Assembly: GCF_030528045.1 (NCBI RefSeq)
Contig: NZ_JAUMZR010000001.1
Location: 17,798 to 81,797 of the forward strand
From: Streptococcus sp.
Lineage (GTDB): Bacteria; Bacillota; Bacilli; Lactobacillales; Streptococcaceae
Direction: 5' to 3'
Length of the DNA: 64,000 nucleotides
Part shown: positions 51,624 through 62,809 of the stretch, one piece after another
Numbering within the stretch: position 1 is the stretch's first letter
Layout of the letters: the number at the start of each line of letters is the position of its first letter
Notes under the pieces: generated by a model
The model's database searches: none
Seen by the model: the letters and a program-made list of their open reading frames with translations, nothing else
Told to the model about the DNA's origin: nothing
Translations under genes and position numbers: made by a program

Positions 51624-52754
51624 ATGGTAGAATTAAATCTTAAAAACATTTACAAAAAATATCCAAACAGCGAACACTACTCAGTTGAAGACTTCAACTT
51701 GGACATCAAAGACAAAGAATTTATCGTTTTCGTAGGTCCTTCAGGATGTGGTAAATCAACAACTCTTCGTATGATTGCTGGTCTTGAAGATATCACAGAA
51801 GGTACTGCATCTATCGATGGCGTGGTTGTCAACGACGTAGCTCCAAAAGACCGTGACATCGCCATGGTATTCCAAAACTACGCTCTTTATCCACACATGA
51901 CTGTATATGACAACATGGCTTTCGGTTTGAAATTGCGTAAATATAGCAAGGAAGATATCGACAAACGTGTGCAAGAAGCGGCAGCAATTCTTGGTTTGAA
52001 GGAATTCTTGGATCGTAAACCAGCTGACCTTTCAGGTGGTCAACGTCAACGTGTTGCCATGGGTCGTGCCATCGTCCGTGATGCAAAAGTGTTCTTGATG
52101 GACGAACCTTTGTCAAACTTGGATGCTAAACTTCGTGTATCTATGCGTGCTGAAATTGCGAAAATTCACCGTCGTATCGGAGCTACAACTATCTACGTAA
52201 CCCACGACCAAACAGAAGCGATGACTCTTGCAGACCGTATTGTTATCATGTCAGCTACTAAGAACCCTGCTGGTACAGGTACTATCGGACGTGTTGAACA
52301 AATCGGTACCCCTCAAGAAGTTTACAAAAATCCAGTTAACAAATTTGTAGCAGGATTTATCGGAAGCCCAGCTATGAACTTCATCAATGTAAAATTGGTT
52401 GGTAGCGAAATTGTTTCTGACGGTTTCCGTTTGAAAGTACCAGAAGGTGCTTTGAAAGTTCTTCGTGACAAAGGCTACGAAGGAAAAGAATTGATCTTCG
52501 GTATCCGTCCAGAAGATGTGAACGCAGAACCCGCTTTCCTTGAAACATTCCCAGAATCAGTTATCAAAGCTACTATCTCAGTATCAGAATTGCTTGGTTC
52601 AGAATCTCACCTTTACTGCCAAGTTGGTAAAGACGAATTTGTTGCAAAAGTGGATGCTCGTGACTACTTGCAAACAGGTGCAACGGTTGAACTTGGATTT
52701 GACTTGAACAAAGCACACTTCTTCGACGTAGAAACTGAAAAAACAGTCTACTAA
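51624..52754 (+). CDS. msmK: Multiple-sugar ABC transporter ATP-binding protein (MalK/MsmK family)
   Basis: Walker [10 protein letters not shown], signature LSGGQRQR, Walker [12 protein letters not shown] and a C-terminal TOBE/MalK regulatory domain. Confidence 0.9.
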   Translation: MVELNLKNIYKKYPNSEHYSVEDFNLDIKDKEFIVFVGPSGCGKSTTLRMIAGLEDITEGTASIDGVVVNDVAPKDRDIAMVFQNYALYPHMTVYDNMAFGLKLRKYSKEDIDKRVQEAAAILGLKEFLDRKPADLSGGQRQRVAMGRAIVRDAKVFLMDEPLSNLDAKLRVSMRAEIAKIHRRIGATTIYVTHDQTEAMTLADRIVIMSATKNPAGTGTIGRVEQIGTPQEVYKNPVNKFVAGFIGSPAMNFINVKLVGSEIVSDGFRLKVPEGALKVLRDKGYEGKELIFGIRPEDVNAEPAFLETFPESVIKATISVSELLGSESHLYCQVGKDEFVAKVDARDYLQTGATVELGFDLNKAHFFDVETEKTVY

Positions 52755-52767
52755 GCAAATGAAATGT

Positions 52768-52802
52768 CAAAACACTGCTAGAGAAATCTGGCAGTGTTTT
52801 TG
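52768..52802. terminator. Bidirectional terminator between msmK and the convergent nucleotidase gene
   Basis: caaaacactgc...gcagtgtttt followed by a T tract. Confidence 0.75.
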
Positions 52803-52847
52803 CTGGTTAAAAAGAAGCAGGACGAGTCTCGCCTTGCTTCTATTATG

Positions 52848-55223
52848 TTATTCTTCCTTTTTCTTGAGAGAAAGTCCAAGCCCCGCTAGAATGACACCTA
52901 GGAAGGTTAGGATAGACGTTTTCTCACCTGTATTTGGTAGAGTAGTAGCTACTGGATTATGAGCGCTTGGTAAAATAATAGTTTGCCCACCGTTTGAAAG
53001 AGTGATTGCATCGCCTTGATTTTGTCCCTGCGTATCTTGGACTTCGTGGTGATTTGTTTCTGCAGGTTCAGCTTTAGGCTCTACATAGAGAAGGCGGTAT
53101 TCGCCGAACCCTTCTTGGTCGGAGCTAGCTAGATATTGAATGTCACCATCTGTGCCGACTAAGTCTTTGGCCTTATCAGCTGTCAAGAAACGAACATCCA
53201 ACCCTTTTATGCTATTTGTGAAGTGCCAGTTTTTATCTGCACTTGGGTTGATATTTTTTACATCGAGGATATAGTTGATGATAACCTGGCGATTTTCAAA
53301 TCCGAGGAGACGATTGATGCTAGCATCACGAACACCAGGGAATTTACCATTTGCGCGATAATTGTTGGTTACCACGATGAATTCCTGATCTGGACGGACA
53401 TCTTTTCCTTGGTATTTTAGATTGCGGACACGACTAGCATCAGGGTGGATTAACTTACCTTCGCGATCGTATTTATTTGGTTGGGTGACATCGTACTCAT
53501 AGGTTACACCGTCAATCACATCAAAATTATAAGTACGGTAGCTTGGATTGATGAGCTGTTGCGCTTCTTTTTTAGTTGGATCAATCGTGTTGAACTGACC
53601 AGCAGACATTTCCAACCATTCTTTGAGTTGAGCTCCAGTGACTTTTAGGATGGCCGTGACATTGTCGTAGAGGTAGAGATCGGCTACGTTTTTGATGGCG
53701 ATTGGGCCAGCTGGAATATCTGTATAGGCAGTAGCATCTCCACGGGTTCCCGCCTTAAATGGTGCCGCAGCCGAGAGAATAGGAAGACCTCCTTCAGGAG
53801 TTCCTGCTAGTTCTTTCTTAGCATACCAGATTTGTGCGTTATTGACGATTTGAACAGATGGATCATCCTTGACAAGGGCAAAATAGCTCGTGATCGGTGC
53901 AGTTGTTGTTCCGACCTGTTGGCGAACGTATTGGATGGTTCCTTCGTGGGCTGTTTTGGCAATTTCTTTGATTCGTTCATCAGCGTCTTTGGACTTAGTG
54001 TGAATCTTACGAATAGAGCCTTTGCTGTTGGCAACAGTCCATTTTCCGTTTTTGTAGATAAGGTTAAGGTCGATAATACCGAGGTGGTCCCCATATTTCA
54101 CAGCTATGGTTACAGGAGTACCGTTGATTTTACCATTTACGCCATCAACACCAGCATATTTTTCATAAAAGCCAGTGCCATTTCCACTTGGAAATTCGGC
54201 GTGAGAATGCCCTGTTACAACTGCATCCACACCAGGTAGACTTGCAATTTGATAGCCTTCGTTTTCTTCTCCTTTTTCGTACTTATCATCTCCGATACCT
54301 GAGTGAGAGAGTACAAGAGTGATGTCTGCACCTGCTTTGCGCATTTCAGGGATAATCTTTTGAATAGCTTCTACAGAGTCATTGACCTGAATCTTTCCTT
54401 CAAGGTTGGCCTTATCCCAGCTGAGAATTTGAGGGGGAACGATTCCAGTCACCCCAATTTTGACGGTCGTTTTGCGACCAGTTTTATCAACAAAGGTTTT
54501 GCTGATGATTTTATAGGGGTCGTAGACATAAGCGCCCGTTTTAGGATCTACAACATTGGCGTTGACAATCGGCATTCCAGCTGTATCAATGACACGTTTG
54601 AGGTAGTCTAAACCATAGTTAAACTCATGGTTTCCAAGTGTACCAGCTTCAAAACCGAGCTTTTGAAGTGCTGCATACATAGTGTGCTGTTCCCCTTCTT
54701 TGACTGGGTTAACGATGGCCTTGTAAGTTCCAAGTGGCGTTCCTTGGATGGTGTCTCCATTATCTACAAGAAGTGTATTGCTATTTTCTTTTTTAGCTTC
54801 TTCGATGAGAACAGCTGTCTTTGCTAGTCCAACGTTCTCAGCGGGTTTGTCTTGGTAATAATCATAGTTAACTAAATTGGTGTGAAGGTCAGTTGTTGCA
54901 AGGATGCGGACATCGACTTCCTGTCCTTCTGTTGGTTGAAGGGCTTTGTCGTCTGCAAGGCTTCCTTCTTTAGAAGGGGTTATTTCAGTGCTTGCTACTG
55001 GAGTAGCATTTTCATCTTGTTTAACAGGGACGTCCGTTTTTTCAGATGCCGTTGCCTTTTCATTTCCAGTAGCTGTAACAGATTTCTCTGATTGGTTTGC
55101 CACTGGTTTAGGTGTTGTGCTAGTATCTAGATTTGTAGCTTTTTCATCTGCTTGTGCAGTAGAAGCTGCAAATACAGCTGCAGTCAGACCTAAAAGGGCT
55201 GCTTGTTTACGAAATGATGACAT
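52848..55223 (-). CDS. LPXTG cell-wall-anchored 5'-nucleotidase / 2',3'-cyclic-nucleotide phosphodiesterase family protein
   Basis: Signal peptide MSSFRKQAALLGLTAAVFAASTAQA. Calcineurin-like metallophosphoesterase motifs (DLHTN...GNHEFN) plus a 5'-nucleotidase C-terminal domain. C-terminal LPNTG, a hydrophobic segment and a KKKEE sorting signal. Confidence 0.85.
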   Translation of the reverse strand: MSSFRKQAALLGLTAAVFAASTAQADEKATNLDTSTTPKPVANQSEKSVTATGNEKATASEKTDVPVKQDENATPVASTEITPSKEGSLADDKALQPTEGQEVDVRILATTDLHTNLVNYDYYQDKPAENVGLAKTAVLIEEAKKENSNTLLVDNGDTIQGTPLGTYKAIVNPVKEGEQHTMYAALQKLGFEAGTLGNHEFNYGLDYLKRVIDTAGMPIVNANVVDPKTGAYVYDPYKIISKTFVDKTGRKTTVKIGVTGIVPPQILSWDKANLEGKIQVNDSVEAIQKIIPEMRKAGADITLVLSHSGIGDDKYEKGEENEGYQIASLPGVDAVVTGHSHAEFPSGNGTGFYEKYAGVDGVNGKINGTPVTIAVKYGDHLGIIDLNLIYKNGKWTVANSKGSIRKIHTKSKDADERIKEIAKTAHEGTIQYVRQQVGTTTAPITSYFALVKDDPSVQIVNNAQIWYAKKELAGTPEGGLPILSAAAPFKAGTRGDATAYTDIPAGPIAIKNVADLYLYDNVTAILKVTGAQLKEWLEMSAGQFNTIDPTKKEAQQLINPSYRTYNFDVIDGVTYEYDVTQPNKYDREGKLIHPDASRVRNLKYQGKDVRPDQEFIVVTNNYRANGKFPGVRDASINRLLGFENRQVIINYILDVKNINPSADKNWHFTNSIKGLDVRFLTADKAKDLVGTDGDIQYLASSDQEGFGEYRLLYVEPKAEPAETNHHEVQDTQGQNQGDAITLSNGGQTIILPSAHNPVATTLPNTGEKTSILTFLGVILAGLGLSLKKKEE

Positions 55224-55515
55224 AAAAATCTCCTCAAAAATAGTTTCACTCTATTATACAGGATGGAAGCCAATCAATCGAGTTAAATACGAATGTTTTT
55301 AGAAATTTTATTAAAAATGATAGGAAATAGCTGGTTTGTTTATAAAATACACTCATTAATCATAAAAGTAAATAGAAATAATAAAACAGTTTAAAGTTTA
55401 TTGTTCTTTTTGAGATCCTTGTAAGAAATGGAATAAATTATAGAACTGCAGAGCTTTTCTAGTTTTCATATCTTTAAAAAAGTGATAAAATGGTAGGAAG
55501 AATTGGAGAGTATAG

Positions 55516-57732
55516 ATGCCGAAAGAAGTGAATTTGACGGGCGATCAGGTAGTCGCTTTAACGAAAGAATATTTAACAAAGGAAGACGTTGCTTTTGTAC
55601 AAAAAGCATTAATTTACGCAGTTGATTGTCATAGTGGGCAGTTTCGGAAATCAGGTGAGCCCTATATTATCCATCCCATTCAGGTAGCAGGCATTCTGGC
55701 TAAGCTCAAGCTGGATGCAGTAACCGTTGCCTGTGGTTTTTTGCATGACGTGGTTGAGGATACAGACGCGACACTGGATGATCTAGAGAGAGAGTTCGGT
55801 CATGATGTTCGGATTATCGTTGATGGGGTGACCAAGCTTGGTAAGGTTGAGTACAAATCACTCGAGGAACAATTGGCTGAAAATCACCGCAAGATGCTTA
55901 TGGCCATGTCTGAGGATATCCGTGTTATCTTGGTTAAATTATCGGACCGTTTGCACAATATGCGGACTCTCAAACACCTGCGAAAGGACAAGCAAGAACG
56001 TATCTCCAGAGAAACCATGGAAATTTACGCACCACTTGCTCATCGTCTGGGGATTTCCAGCGTCAAGTGGGAGTTAGAAGATCTATCTTTCCGTTATCTC
56101 AACCCAACTGAGTTTTACAAGATCACCCACATGATGAAGGAAAAACGCAGAGAACGTGAGGCTTTGGTCGACGAAGTTGTAACCAAGTTGGAAGAGTACG
56201 CTACCGAACGAAATCTCAAAGGGAAAATCTATGGTCGTCCTAAGCATATCTATTCGATCTACCGCAAGATGCAGGATAAGAAGAAACGCTTTGAGGAAAT
56301 TTATGACCTGATTGCCATTCGCTGTATCTTGGATACCCAGAGTGATGTCTATGCTATGCTAGGTTATGTGCATGAACTTTGGAAACCTATGCCAGGCCGC
56401 TTCAAAGACTATATCGCTAACCGTAAGGCCAATGGTTACCAGTCTATCCATACGACTGTTTATGGGCCAAAAGGGCCGATTGAGTTCCAGATTCGGACCA
56501 AGGAAATGCACGAAGTGGCTGAGTACGGGGTAGCAGCTCACTGGGCATATAAGAAAGGCATTAAAGGGCAGGTCAACAGCAAGGAATCTGCTATTGGAAT
56601 GAACTGGATCAAGGAGATGATGGAGCTCCAAGACCAGGCTGATGATGCCAAGGAATTTGTGGACTCTGTTAAAGAAAACTATCTGGCGGAGGAGATTTAC
56701 GTCTTTACTCCAGATGGTGCAGTTCGTTCCCTTCCAAAAGATTCAGGACCGATTGACTTTGCCTATGAAATCCATACCAAAGTCGGTGAAAAAGCGACTG
56801 GCGCCAAGGTCAATGGCCGTATGGTTCCACTGACAACCAAGCTCAAGACAGGGGATCAGGTTGAAATTATCACCAACCCCAACTCCTTTGGTCCGAGTCG
56901 TGACTGGCTCAACATGGTCAAGACCAGCAAGGCGCGCAACAAGATTCGTCAGTTCTTTAAAAATCAAGACAAGGAATTATCCGTTAACAAGGGCCGTGAA
57001 ATGTTGATGGCCCAGTTCCAAGAAAACGGCTATGTAGCCAATAAGTTTATGGACAAGCGTCATATGGACGAGGTCCTTCAAAAGACTAGCTACAAGACAG
57101 AGGAGGCCCTCTACGCAGCCATTGGTTTTGGAGAAATTGGTGCTATTACCGTCTTTAACCGTTTGACCGAAAAGGAACGCCGCGAGGAAGAACGCGCTAA
57201 GGCCAAGGCGGAAGCAGAAGAGCTTGTCAAAGGTGGCGAAGTTAAGGTTGAAAACAAAGAAACCCTCAAGGTTAAGCATGAGGGTGGTGTGGTCATTGAA
57301 GGTGCTTCAGGTCTCCTAGTTCGGATTGCCAAGTGTTGTAATCCAGTGCCGGGTGACGACATTGTCGGCTACATTACTAAGGGACGCGGTGTAGCTATTC
57401 ACCGTGTGGACTGTATGAACCTCCGCGCCCAAGAAAACTATGAGCAACGTCTCCTTGATGTGGAGTGGGAAGATCAATTCTCAAGCAAGGAATACACTGC
57501 CCACATCGATATCTATGGTCTCAACCGTACAGGGCTTTTGAACGATGTTTTACAAGTTCTCTCAAACACGACCAAGAATATCTCAACCGTTAACGCCCAA
57601 CCAACCAAAGATATGAAATTTGCCAATATCCATGTCTCCTTTGGTATTTCCAACCTCTCTACACTGACCACAGTCGTGGACAAGATTAAGAGTGTGCCAG
57701 AGGTTTACTCCGTCAAACGGACCAACGGCTAA
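55516..57732 (+). CDS. relA: Bifunctional (p)ppGpp synthetase/hydrolase Rel
   Basis: HD hydrolase domain (HPIQVAGIL...LHDVVEDT), synthetase domain ([12 protein letters not shown]), and TGS and ACT domains. Confidence 0.95.
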   Translation: MPKEVNLTGDQVVALTKEYLTKEDVAFVQKALIYAVDCHSGQFRKSGEPYIIHPIQVAGILAKLKLDAVTVACGFLHDVVEDTDATLDDLEREFGHDVRIIVDGVTKLGKVEYKSLEEQLAENHRKMLMAMSEDIRVILVKLSDRLHNMRTLKHLRKDKQERISRETMEIYAPLAHRLGISSVKWELEDLSFRYLNPTEFYKITHMMKEKRREREALVDEVVTKLEEYATERNLKGKIYGRPKHIYSIYRKMQDKKKRFEEIYDLIAIRCILDTQSDVYAMLGYVHELWKPMPGRFKDYIANRKANGYQSIHTTVYGPKGPIEFQIRTKEMHEVAEYGVAAHWAYKKGIKGQVNSKESAIGMNWIKEMMELQDQADDAKEFVDSVKENYLAEEIYVFTPDGAVRSLPKDSGPIDFAYEIHTKVGEKATGAKVNGRMVPLTTKLKTGDQVEIITNPNSFGPSRDWLNMVKTSKARNKIRQFFKNQDKELSVNKGREMLMAQFQENGYVANKFMDKRHMDEVLQKTSYKTEEALYAAIGFGEIGAITVFNRLTEKERREEERAKAKAEAEELVKGGEVKVENKETLKVKHEGGVVIEGASGLLVRIAKCCNPVPGDDIVGYITKGRGVAIHRVDCMNLRAQENYEQRLLDVEWEDQFSSKEYTAHIDIYGLNRTGLLNDVLQVLSNTTKNISTVNAQPTKDMKFANIHVSFGISNLSTLTTVVDKIKSVPEVYSVKRTNG

Positions 57733-57761
57733 TTCTCCCTTCAGTTACTAGAAAGGCTATT

Positions 57762-58205
57762 ATGAAAATCATCATTCAACGAGTCAAGAAAGCCCAAGTC
57801 AGTATCGAAGGTCAGGTTCATGGAAAAATTAATCAGGGACTCTTATTACTGGTCGGTGTTGGCCCAGAGGACCAAGAGGAAGATTTGGACTATGCTGTGA
57901 GAAAGCTTGTCAATATGCGGATTTTTTCAGACGCAGAAGGCAAGATGAACCTGTCTATCAAGGATATTGAGGGGGAAATCCTTTCTATTTCTCAGTTTAC
58001 TCTTTTTGCGGATACCAAGAAAGGCAATCGTCCAGCTTTTACAGGTGCAGCCAAGCCGGATATGGCAGCTGCCTTCTATGAGGCTTTCAACCAAAAGCTA
58101 GCTCAGGAAGTGCCCGTTCAGACAGGCATCTTTGGAGCGGATATGCAGGTGGAGCTGGTAAATGATGGGCCAGTTACCATCATTCTTGATACTAAAAATA
58201 GATAA
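57762..58205 (+). CDS. dtd: D-aminoacyl-tRNA deacylase
   Basis: MKIIIQRV...SQFTLFAD and the conserved GP motif (NDGPVTI). Follows relA as in pneumococci. Confidence 0.95.
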   Translation: MKIIIQRVKKAQVSIEGQVHGKINQGLLLLVGVGPEDQEEDLDYAVRKLVNMRIFSDAEGKMNLSIKDIEGEILSISQFTLFADTKKGNRPAFTGAAKPDMAAAFYEAFNQKLAQEVPVQTGIFGADMQVELVNDGPVTIILDTKNR

Positions 58206-58207
58206 GA

Positions 58208-58238
58208 AAACCAAGCCCAGTTGGCTTGGTTTTTGTTT
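58208..58238 (+). terminator. Rho-independent terminator after dtd
   Basis: aaccaagcc-cagtt-ggcttggtt followed by TTTGTTT. Confidence 0.75.
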
Positions 58239-58650
58239 ATAGACACTCCCAGAAGGCGATGTGTTTGTTGTAAAAGTCGGGATAGTTTTCTCTTAGGTGG
58301 CTAGCCGTCATATAATATAAAGTAGAATGACAGGAAGTAAAGACTGGAGTAAGAGAGTAGAAATATTGAGGGCCAGTGATGGCTAAAAAGACAAATAATA
58401 GCAAATCGCTGATGAGCACTCCTAAATAGTAGAAGCGAATCTTTTTATTGATTTGAGGATCAATCTCAGAGAACTGTTTTTTGAGTCGATTGACCAAGCG
58501 AAATAGCAGTAGTCCTTTAGCAAGGATGAAAATGAAGCAAAAAATAAGGCCTCTCTCCAAAGAAAGTTCGTATCGGGGTCTGAAAGTTACCAACAGTAGC
58601 AAATCGCTGACTACAATGGCTGCAAAATGGATTCTAAAGAGCTTTTTCAT
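58237..58650 (-). CDS. Hypothetical small membrane protein (137 aa)
   Basis: Two internally repeated hydrophobic segments (VSDLLLLVTF / ISDLLLFVFLAI). Confidence 0.45.
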   Translation of the reverse strand: MKKLFRIHFAAIVVSDLLLLVTFRPRYELSLERGLIFCFIFILAKGLLLFRLVNRLKKQFSEIDPQINKKIRFYYLGVLISDLLLFVFLAITGPQYFYSLTPVFTSCHSTLYYMTASHLRENYPDFYNKHIAFWECL

Positions 58651-58711
58651 AGGAAGATCTCCTTCTTTTATCTAGCTTCATTCTACACCAAACGAATGGA
58701 ACTTACAACTA

Positions 58712-58750
58712 AAATAATAAAAAATCCCTGAAAGGAATTTCTTTCAAGGA
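58712..58750 (-). terminator. Rho-independent terminator after psaR (minus strand)
   Basis: The minus strand reads ccttgaaag-aaatt-cctttcagg followed by GATTTTTTATT. Confidence 0.6.
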
Positions 58751-58757
58751 TAAGGAC

Positions 58758-59408
58758 TTAGTTGATTTTTTCGACATAGAGTTGTTTGGCGATATCCATA
58801 CTAGCTTGGAGGTCTTCACCTTTGTTGACCAGTGTAAAGGTATTGGAAAAATTATCAAACTGCTTGACTTTGACTTGGTCACCGATATGGATTTCATGCT
58901 TTTCTAGATATTTGAGTAGTTCAAAACTATCATGAACGCGAGTCAGGAGATAGGTTCCAGCTTCTTGGACGTCTGCCAGTGGTAAGTTGTTGATTTCAAC
59001 CAATAGCTCCCCCTTGGCTGGGATGGTTCCTCCGTGGGGGCAGGTTTTAGGGAAGCCCAGGAGTTTATCCAGTCTCTCTACAAAGAGATCGGATACAGTG
59101 TGCTCTAGGACCTCAGCTTCCTCGTGGATCTGGTCACTGGTATAGTCGAGATGGTGAACTAGAAAGACCTCAATCAACCGGTGTTTGCGATAGAGTTCGG
59201 AGACTAGTTTGAGGCCGATATCTGTCAATAGATAGCCATTCTCCTTGTCCTTGAGGATGAGATTTTCACTTTTCATGCGTTTGATCATCTCTGTTACGGC
59301 AGGTGGAGAGACTTGCATACGGGCAGCAATTTCCTTATTGGTGATTTTTTGCATTTCCGTACCGATTTCATAAATACATTTTAGGTAGTCTTCTTTATTT
59401 GGCGTCAT
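58758..59408 (-). CDS. psaR: DtxR-family Mn-dependent transcriptional regulator
   Basis: MTPNKEDYLKCIYEIG...ITNKEIAARMQVSPPAVTEMIKRM HTH plus the DtxR metal-binding/dimerisation domain and an FeoA-like C-terminus. The start is placed at the MTPNK methionine. Confidence 0.85.
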   Translation of the reverse strand: MTPNKEDYLKCIYEIGTEMQKITNKEIAARMQVSPPAVTEMIKRMKSENLILKDKENGYLLTDIGLKLVSELYRKHRLIEVFLVHHLDYTSDQIHEEAEVLEHTVSDLFVERLDKLLGFPKTCPHGGTIPAKGELLVEINNLPLADVQEAGTYLLTRVHDSFELLKYLEKHEIHIGDQVKVKQFDNFSNTFTLVNKGEDLQASMDIAKQLYVEKIN

Positions 59409-59491
59409 TCGTTTCCTCTTGTCTTTTCTCTCCATCTAGTATATCAAAAAAAGCTAGATTTCTCTAGCCTTCTGCCCTAATGGCTTTGATT

Positions 59492-59986
59492 TTAGTCCAG
59501 TTCTTTCACTGAAGCAATAGCAGCTTCAAAGTCTGGTTCCGTGTTAATGTTGTCAACGTATTCTACGTAACGGATGACATTGTCAGTATCGAGAACAAAG
59601 ACAGCACGTGCAAGGAGATGCCATTCGTTGATCAAGAGGGCATAATCGCGCCCGAAAGAATGGTCGAAGTAGTCTGAGAGCATGATGGCATTGTCAAGAC
59701 CTTCAGCCCCACACCAGCGTCCTTGGGCAAATGGTAGGTCCATAGAAACAGTAAGAACGACGGTATTGTCGAGGTTAGCTAGTTCTTGGTTGAATCGACG
59801 TGTTTGCGTTGAGCAGATACCAGTATCGATAGAAGGGACAACACTCAAGACTTTTTTCTTTCCATCAAAGTCAGCTAGCGTTTTTTTAGAGAGATCGGTT
59901 GTCGTGAGAGAAAAGTCAAGTGCCTTGTCTCCGACTTGCAGTTGTTTACCTGTAAAAGTTACAGGATTTCCGAGAAAAGTGGTCAT
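59492..59986 (-). CDS. tpxD: Thiol peroxidase (Tpx)
   Basis: Peroxiredoxin active site [15 protein letters not shown]. Located downstream of psaA as in the pneumococcal psaBCA-psaD locus. Confidence 0.9.
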   Translation of the reverse strand: MTTFLGNPVTFTGKQLQVGDKALDFSLTTTDLSKKTLADFDGKKKVLSVVPSIDTGICSTQTRRFNQELANLDNTVVLTVSMDLPFAQGRWCGAEGLDNAIMLSDYFDHSFGRDYALLINEWHLLARAVFVLDTDNVIRYVEYVDNINTEPDFEAAIASVKELD

Positions 59987-60106
59987 GAAACTACTCCATT
60001 CTTTTTTCTTTTATTTTACCGAGAATTGTCAGATTTTTCCAATGATTTGACTGGAAATTAAGCGATAAAAAACGCCTGTTCATGTGAGAACGACGTTTTT
60101 AATGGA

Positions 60107-61036
60107 TTACTTAGACAAACCTTCAGCAATCTTGTCAAGGTTGTATTTCATCATGCTGTAGTAGCTGTCGCCTTCTTTCCCTTCTTCAGCAATTGAGTCA
60201 GTAAAGATTTGTGCGTAGATTGGGATATTTGTGTCTTGTGAAACAGTCTTCATTGGACGGTCATCGACACTTGATTCAACAAAGAGGGATGGAACTTTTG
60301 TTTGGCGAAGTTTTTCAACCAAGGTCTTGATTTGGTCAGGTGTACCTTCTTCTTCCGTGTTGATTTCCCAGATGTAGGCACTTGGGACACCGTAAGCTTT
60401 AGAGAAGTATTTGAAGCATCCTTCGCTGGTTACGATGAGTTTCTTCTCAGCAGGGATATTGTTAAATTTCTCTTTGGCTTCCTTGTCCAGTTTATCTAGT
60501 TTTTCAGTATAGTCTTTGAGATTTTTTTCGTAGAATTCCTTGTTGCTAGGATCTTTTGCAATCAGTTGTTTAGCGATATTTTTAGCATAAATCATCCCAT
60601 TTTCAAGGTTGAGCCAAGCGTGTGGGTCTTCTTTGCCTTTCTCGTTTTGGCCCTCAAGGTAGATGATGTCTACACCGTCGCTAACTGCAAAGTAGTCCTT
60701 GTTTTCAGTTTTCTTGGCATTTTCAACCAATTTGGTAAACCAAGCATTGCCACCTGTTTCAAGGTTGATACCGTTATAGAAAATCAAGTCAGCTTGAGAA
60801 GTTTTCTTAACGTCTTCAGGAAGTGGTTCGTATTCATGTGGGTCTTGACCAACAGGAACGATACTATGAAGATCGATCTTGTCACCAGCGATATTTTTGG
60901 TAATATCAGCGATGATTGAGTTTGTAGCAACAACTTTTAGTTTTTGACCAGAAGCCGTATCTTTTTTTCCGCTAGCACATGCTACAAGAGCAATGACGGA
61001 AAGAAAGAGTACAAGCAATGTACCTAATTTTTTCAT
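60107..61036 (-). CDS. psaA: Manganese ABC transporter substrate-binding lipoprotein
   Basis: Lipobox LVACAS, and a cluster A-I metal-binding SBP with His/Glu/Asp ligands. Confidence 0.95.
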   Translation of the reverse strand: MKKLGTLLVLFLSVIALVACASGKKDTASGQKLKVVATNSIIADITKNIAGDKIDLHSIVPVGQDPHEYEPLPEDVKKTSQADLIFYNGINLETGGNAWFTKLVENAKKTENKDYFAVSDGVDIIYLEGQNEKGKEDPHAWLNLENGMIYAKNIAKQLIAKDPSNKEFYEKNLKDYTEKLDKLDKEAKEKFNNIPAEKKLIVTSEGCFKYFSKAYGVPSAYIWEINTEEEGTPDQIKTLVEKLRQTKVPSLFVESSVDDRPMKTVSQDTNIPIYAQIFTDSIAEEGKEGDSYYSMMKYNLDKIAEGLSK

Positions 61037-61062
61037 TAGATTCCTCCAGAAAGGGTCTCCCC

Positions 61063-61911
61063 TTATTTATTGATTTTTTTATGTTTCAGTTTCAAATATC
61101 GTTGTTTTGGAGCGATAAAGAAGCTAATGAGAAAGAAACTGGCAGATGTGAGCACGATGCTCGATCCTGCTGCGAGATTGAAGCTATAGCCGATAAAGAG
61201 TCCCACAACAGAAGCTAGGGCTCCGAGACTTGATGAAAGGAAAATCATGCTCTTTAGGCTATTAGCATAAAGGTAAGCTGTCGCAGCTGGAGTGATTAGC
61301 ATGGCCACGATAAGAATGGTTCCAACACTTTGCATGGCGGTGACAGACACAAGGGTCAAGAGCACCATGAGCAGATAGTGGTAGAAATTGACAGGCATTC
61401 CCATGGCTTTAGCCAGGAGCTCGTCAAAGGATGTAATCAATAGTTGTTTAAAGAAAATCCCGATAATCAAGAGAATGATTGCCCCCACACCAATGGTAAT
61501 CCACATGTCCATGTCTTGGACAGCGAGGATATTCCCGAAAAGGATATGGAAGAGGTCTGTCGAACTCTTGGCAACACTAATCAAGATGACACCTAGGGCT
61601 AAGAAAGATGAAAAGGTAATACCAATGGCAGTGTCACTCTTGATGATAGAGTTTCCCTTGATGTAGGTAATGATGATGGAGGCCATCAAGCCAAAGATGA
61701 TGGCTCCAATAAAGAAATCAATTCCTAGGATAAAGGAAAGGGCTACGCCGGGCAAAACTGCGTGAGAGATAGCATCTCCCATGAGAGACATCCCACGTAG
61801 GATGATAAAACATCCCACGGCTCCAGCAACCACTCCGATGACTATAGCTGTTATCAAGGCGTTTTGTAGGAAATGGAAATGTTGCAATCCATCGATAAAT
61901 TCTGCTATCAT
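61063..61911 (-). CDS. psaC: Manganese ABC transporter permease
   Basis: 282 aa multi-TM ABC-3 family permease. Confidence 0.9.
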   Translation of the reverse strand: MIAEFIDGLQHFHFLQNALITAIVIGVVAGAVGCFIILRGMSLMGDAISHAVLPGVALSFILGIDFFIGAIIFGLMASIIITYIKGNSIIKSDTAIGITFSSFLALGVILISVAKSSTDLFHILFGNILAVQDMDMWITIGVGAIILLIIGIFFKQLLITSFDELLAKAMGMPVNFYHYLLMVLLTLVSVTAMQSVGTILIVAMLITPAATAYLYANSLKSMIFLSSSLGALASVVGLFIGYSFNLAAGSSIVLTSASFFLISFFIAPKQRYLKLKHKKINK

Positions 61912-62630
61912 AGGTCACCTCCATTGAAAAAGAGTTTGCTACCGTAGGCCTTCTTAAGATTGGCTTCGGTAAAGGTTTCTTTAGTCGGACCAAGGTCTAT
62001 TAATTCTCGATTGAGAAGCAAAACTTGATCGAAATAATGGGGGACTTTGCTGAGGTCATGATGGACGATGAGAACTGTTTTACCAGCTTTTTTAAGGTCT
62101 CTCAGCGTGTTCATGATAATCTCTTCACTAACCGAATCAATCCCGACAAATGGCTCATCTAGAAAGATGTAGTCAGCTTCCTGCACTAAGCAGCGGGCAA
62201 TCAACACACGTTGAAATTGTCCGCCGGAGAGCTGGCTGATTTGGTGATCAGCATAGTCTGAGAGCCCAACGATTTCAAGTGCATCTGCCACTTTTTTCCA
62301 GTGACTAGCCTTTAAGGTGTGAAAGAGTGGGATGGATGGATAGAGTCCCAGAGAGACGCATTCCTTGACCTTGATAGGGAAATTGTAGTCGATATGGATT
62401 TTTTGCTCGACATAGGCAACTCGATGTAAAGATTTCTTGAATTCTTTGTCATCGAGAAAGGCCTGACCTTCATGTGGGATAATTCCCAACATACTTTTTA
62501 ATAAAGTTGATTTTCCAGCACCGTTTGGACCAATAATCCCGGTAATAGTTGGTCCTTGGAGCACTAGTGAAATATCCTTTAGTGCCAACGTTTCTTTGTA
62601 GGAGACACTGAGGTTTTCGATACGTATCAT
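61908..62630 (-). CDS. psaB: Manganese ABC transporter ATP-binding protein
   Basis: Walker [10 protein letters not shown], signature LSGGQFQR and Walker B IFLDEP. Confidence 0.95.
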   Translation of the reverse strand: MIRIENLSVSYKETLALKDISLVLQGPTITGIIGPNGAGKSTLLKSMLGIIPHEGQAFLDDKEFKKSLHRVAYVEQKIHIDYNFPIKVKECVSLGLYPSIPLFHTLKASHWKKVADALEIVGLSDYADHQISQLSGGQFQRVLIARCLVQEADYIFLDEPFVGIDSVSEEIIMNTLRDLKKAGKTVLIVHHDLSKVPHYFDQVLLLNRELIDLGPTKETFTEANLKKAYGSKLFFNGGDL

Positions 62631-62670
62631 ACAGTTGTATTCCTCCTGTCTTTTAATATACCTTAAAAAA

Positions 62671-62692
62671 AAAATTAAGTCAAGTTAATTTT
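62671..62692 (-). promoter_or_regulatory. PsaR operator upstream of psaB
   Basis: The minus-strand reading AAAATTAACTTGACTTAATTTT is an AT-rich pseudo-palindrome. It matches the reported PsaR box and sits about 40 nt upstream of the psaB start. Confidence 0.55.
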
Positions 62693-62809
62693 TGAAAAAT
62701 TTAAAATAATAACTGAAAAATGAAGTGAAAAGAGAGACCATTTTTAATTGCATTCCCAAGTGTTTTTTGCTAAGCTAAGAATAAGTGAAAAAATGAAAGC
62801 GAGAACAAG

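Noticed and set aside
53832-54239. Several plus-strand ORFs (53223-55302) inside the nucleotidase gene
   Set aside because: They are all antisense to a well-supported 791-aa LPXTG protein and have no independent signals.
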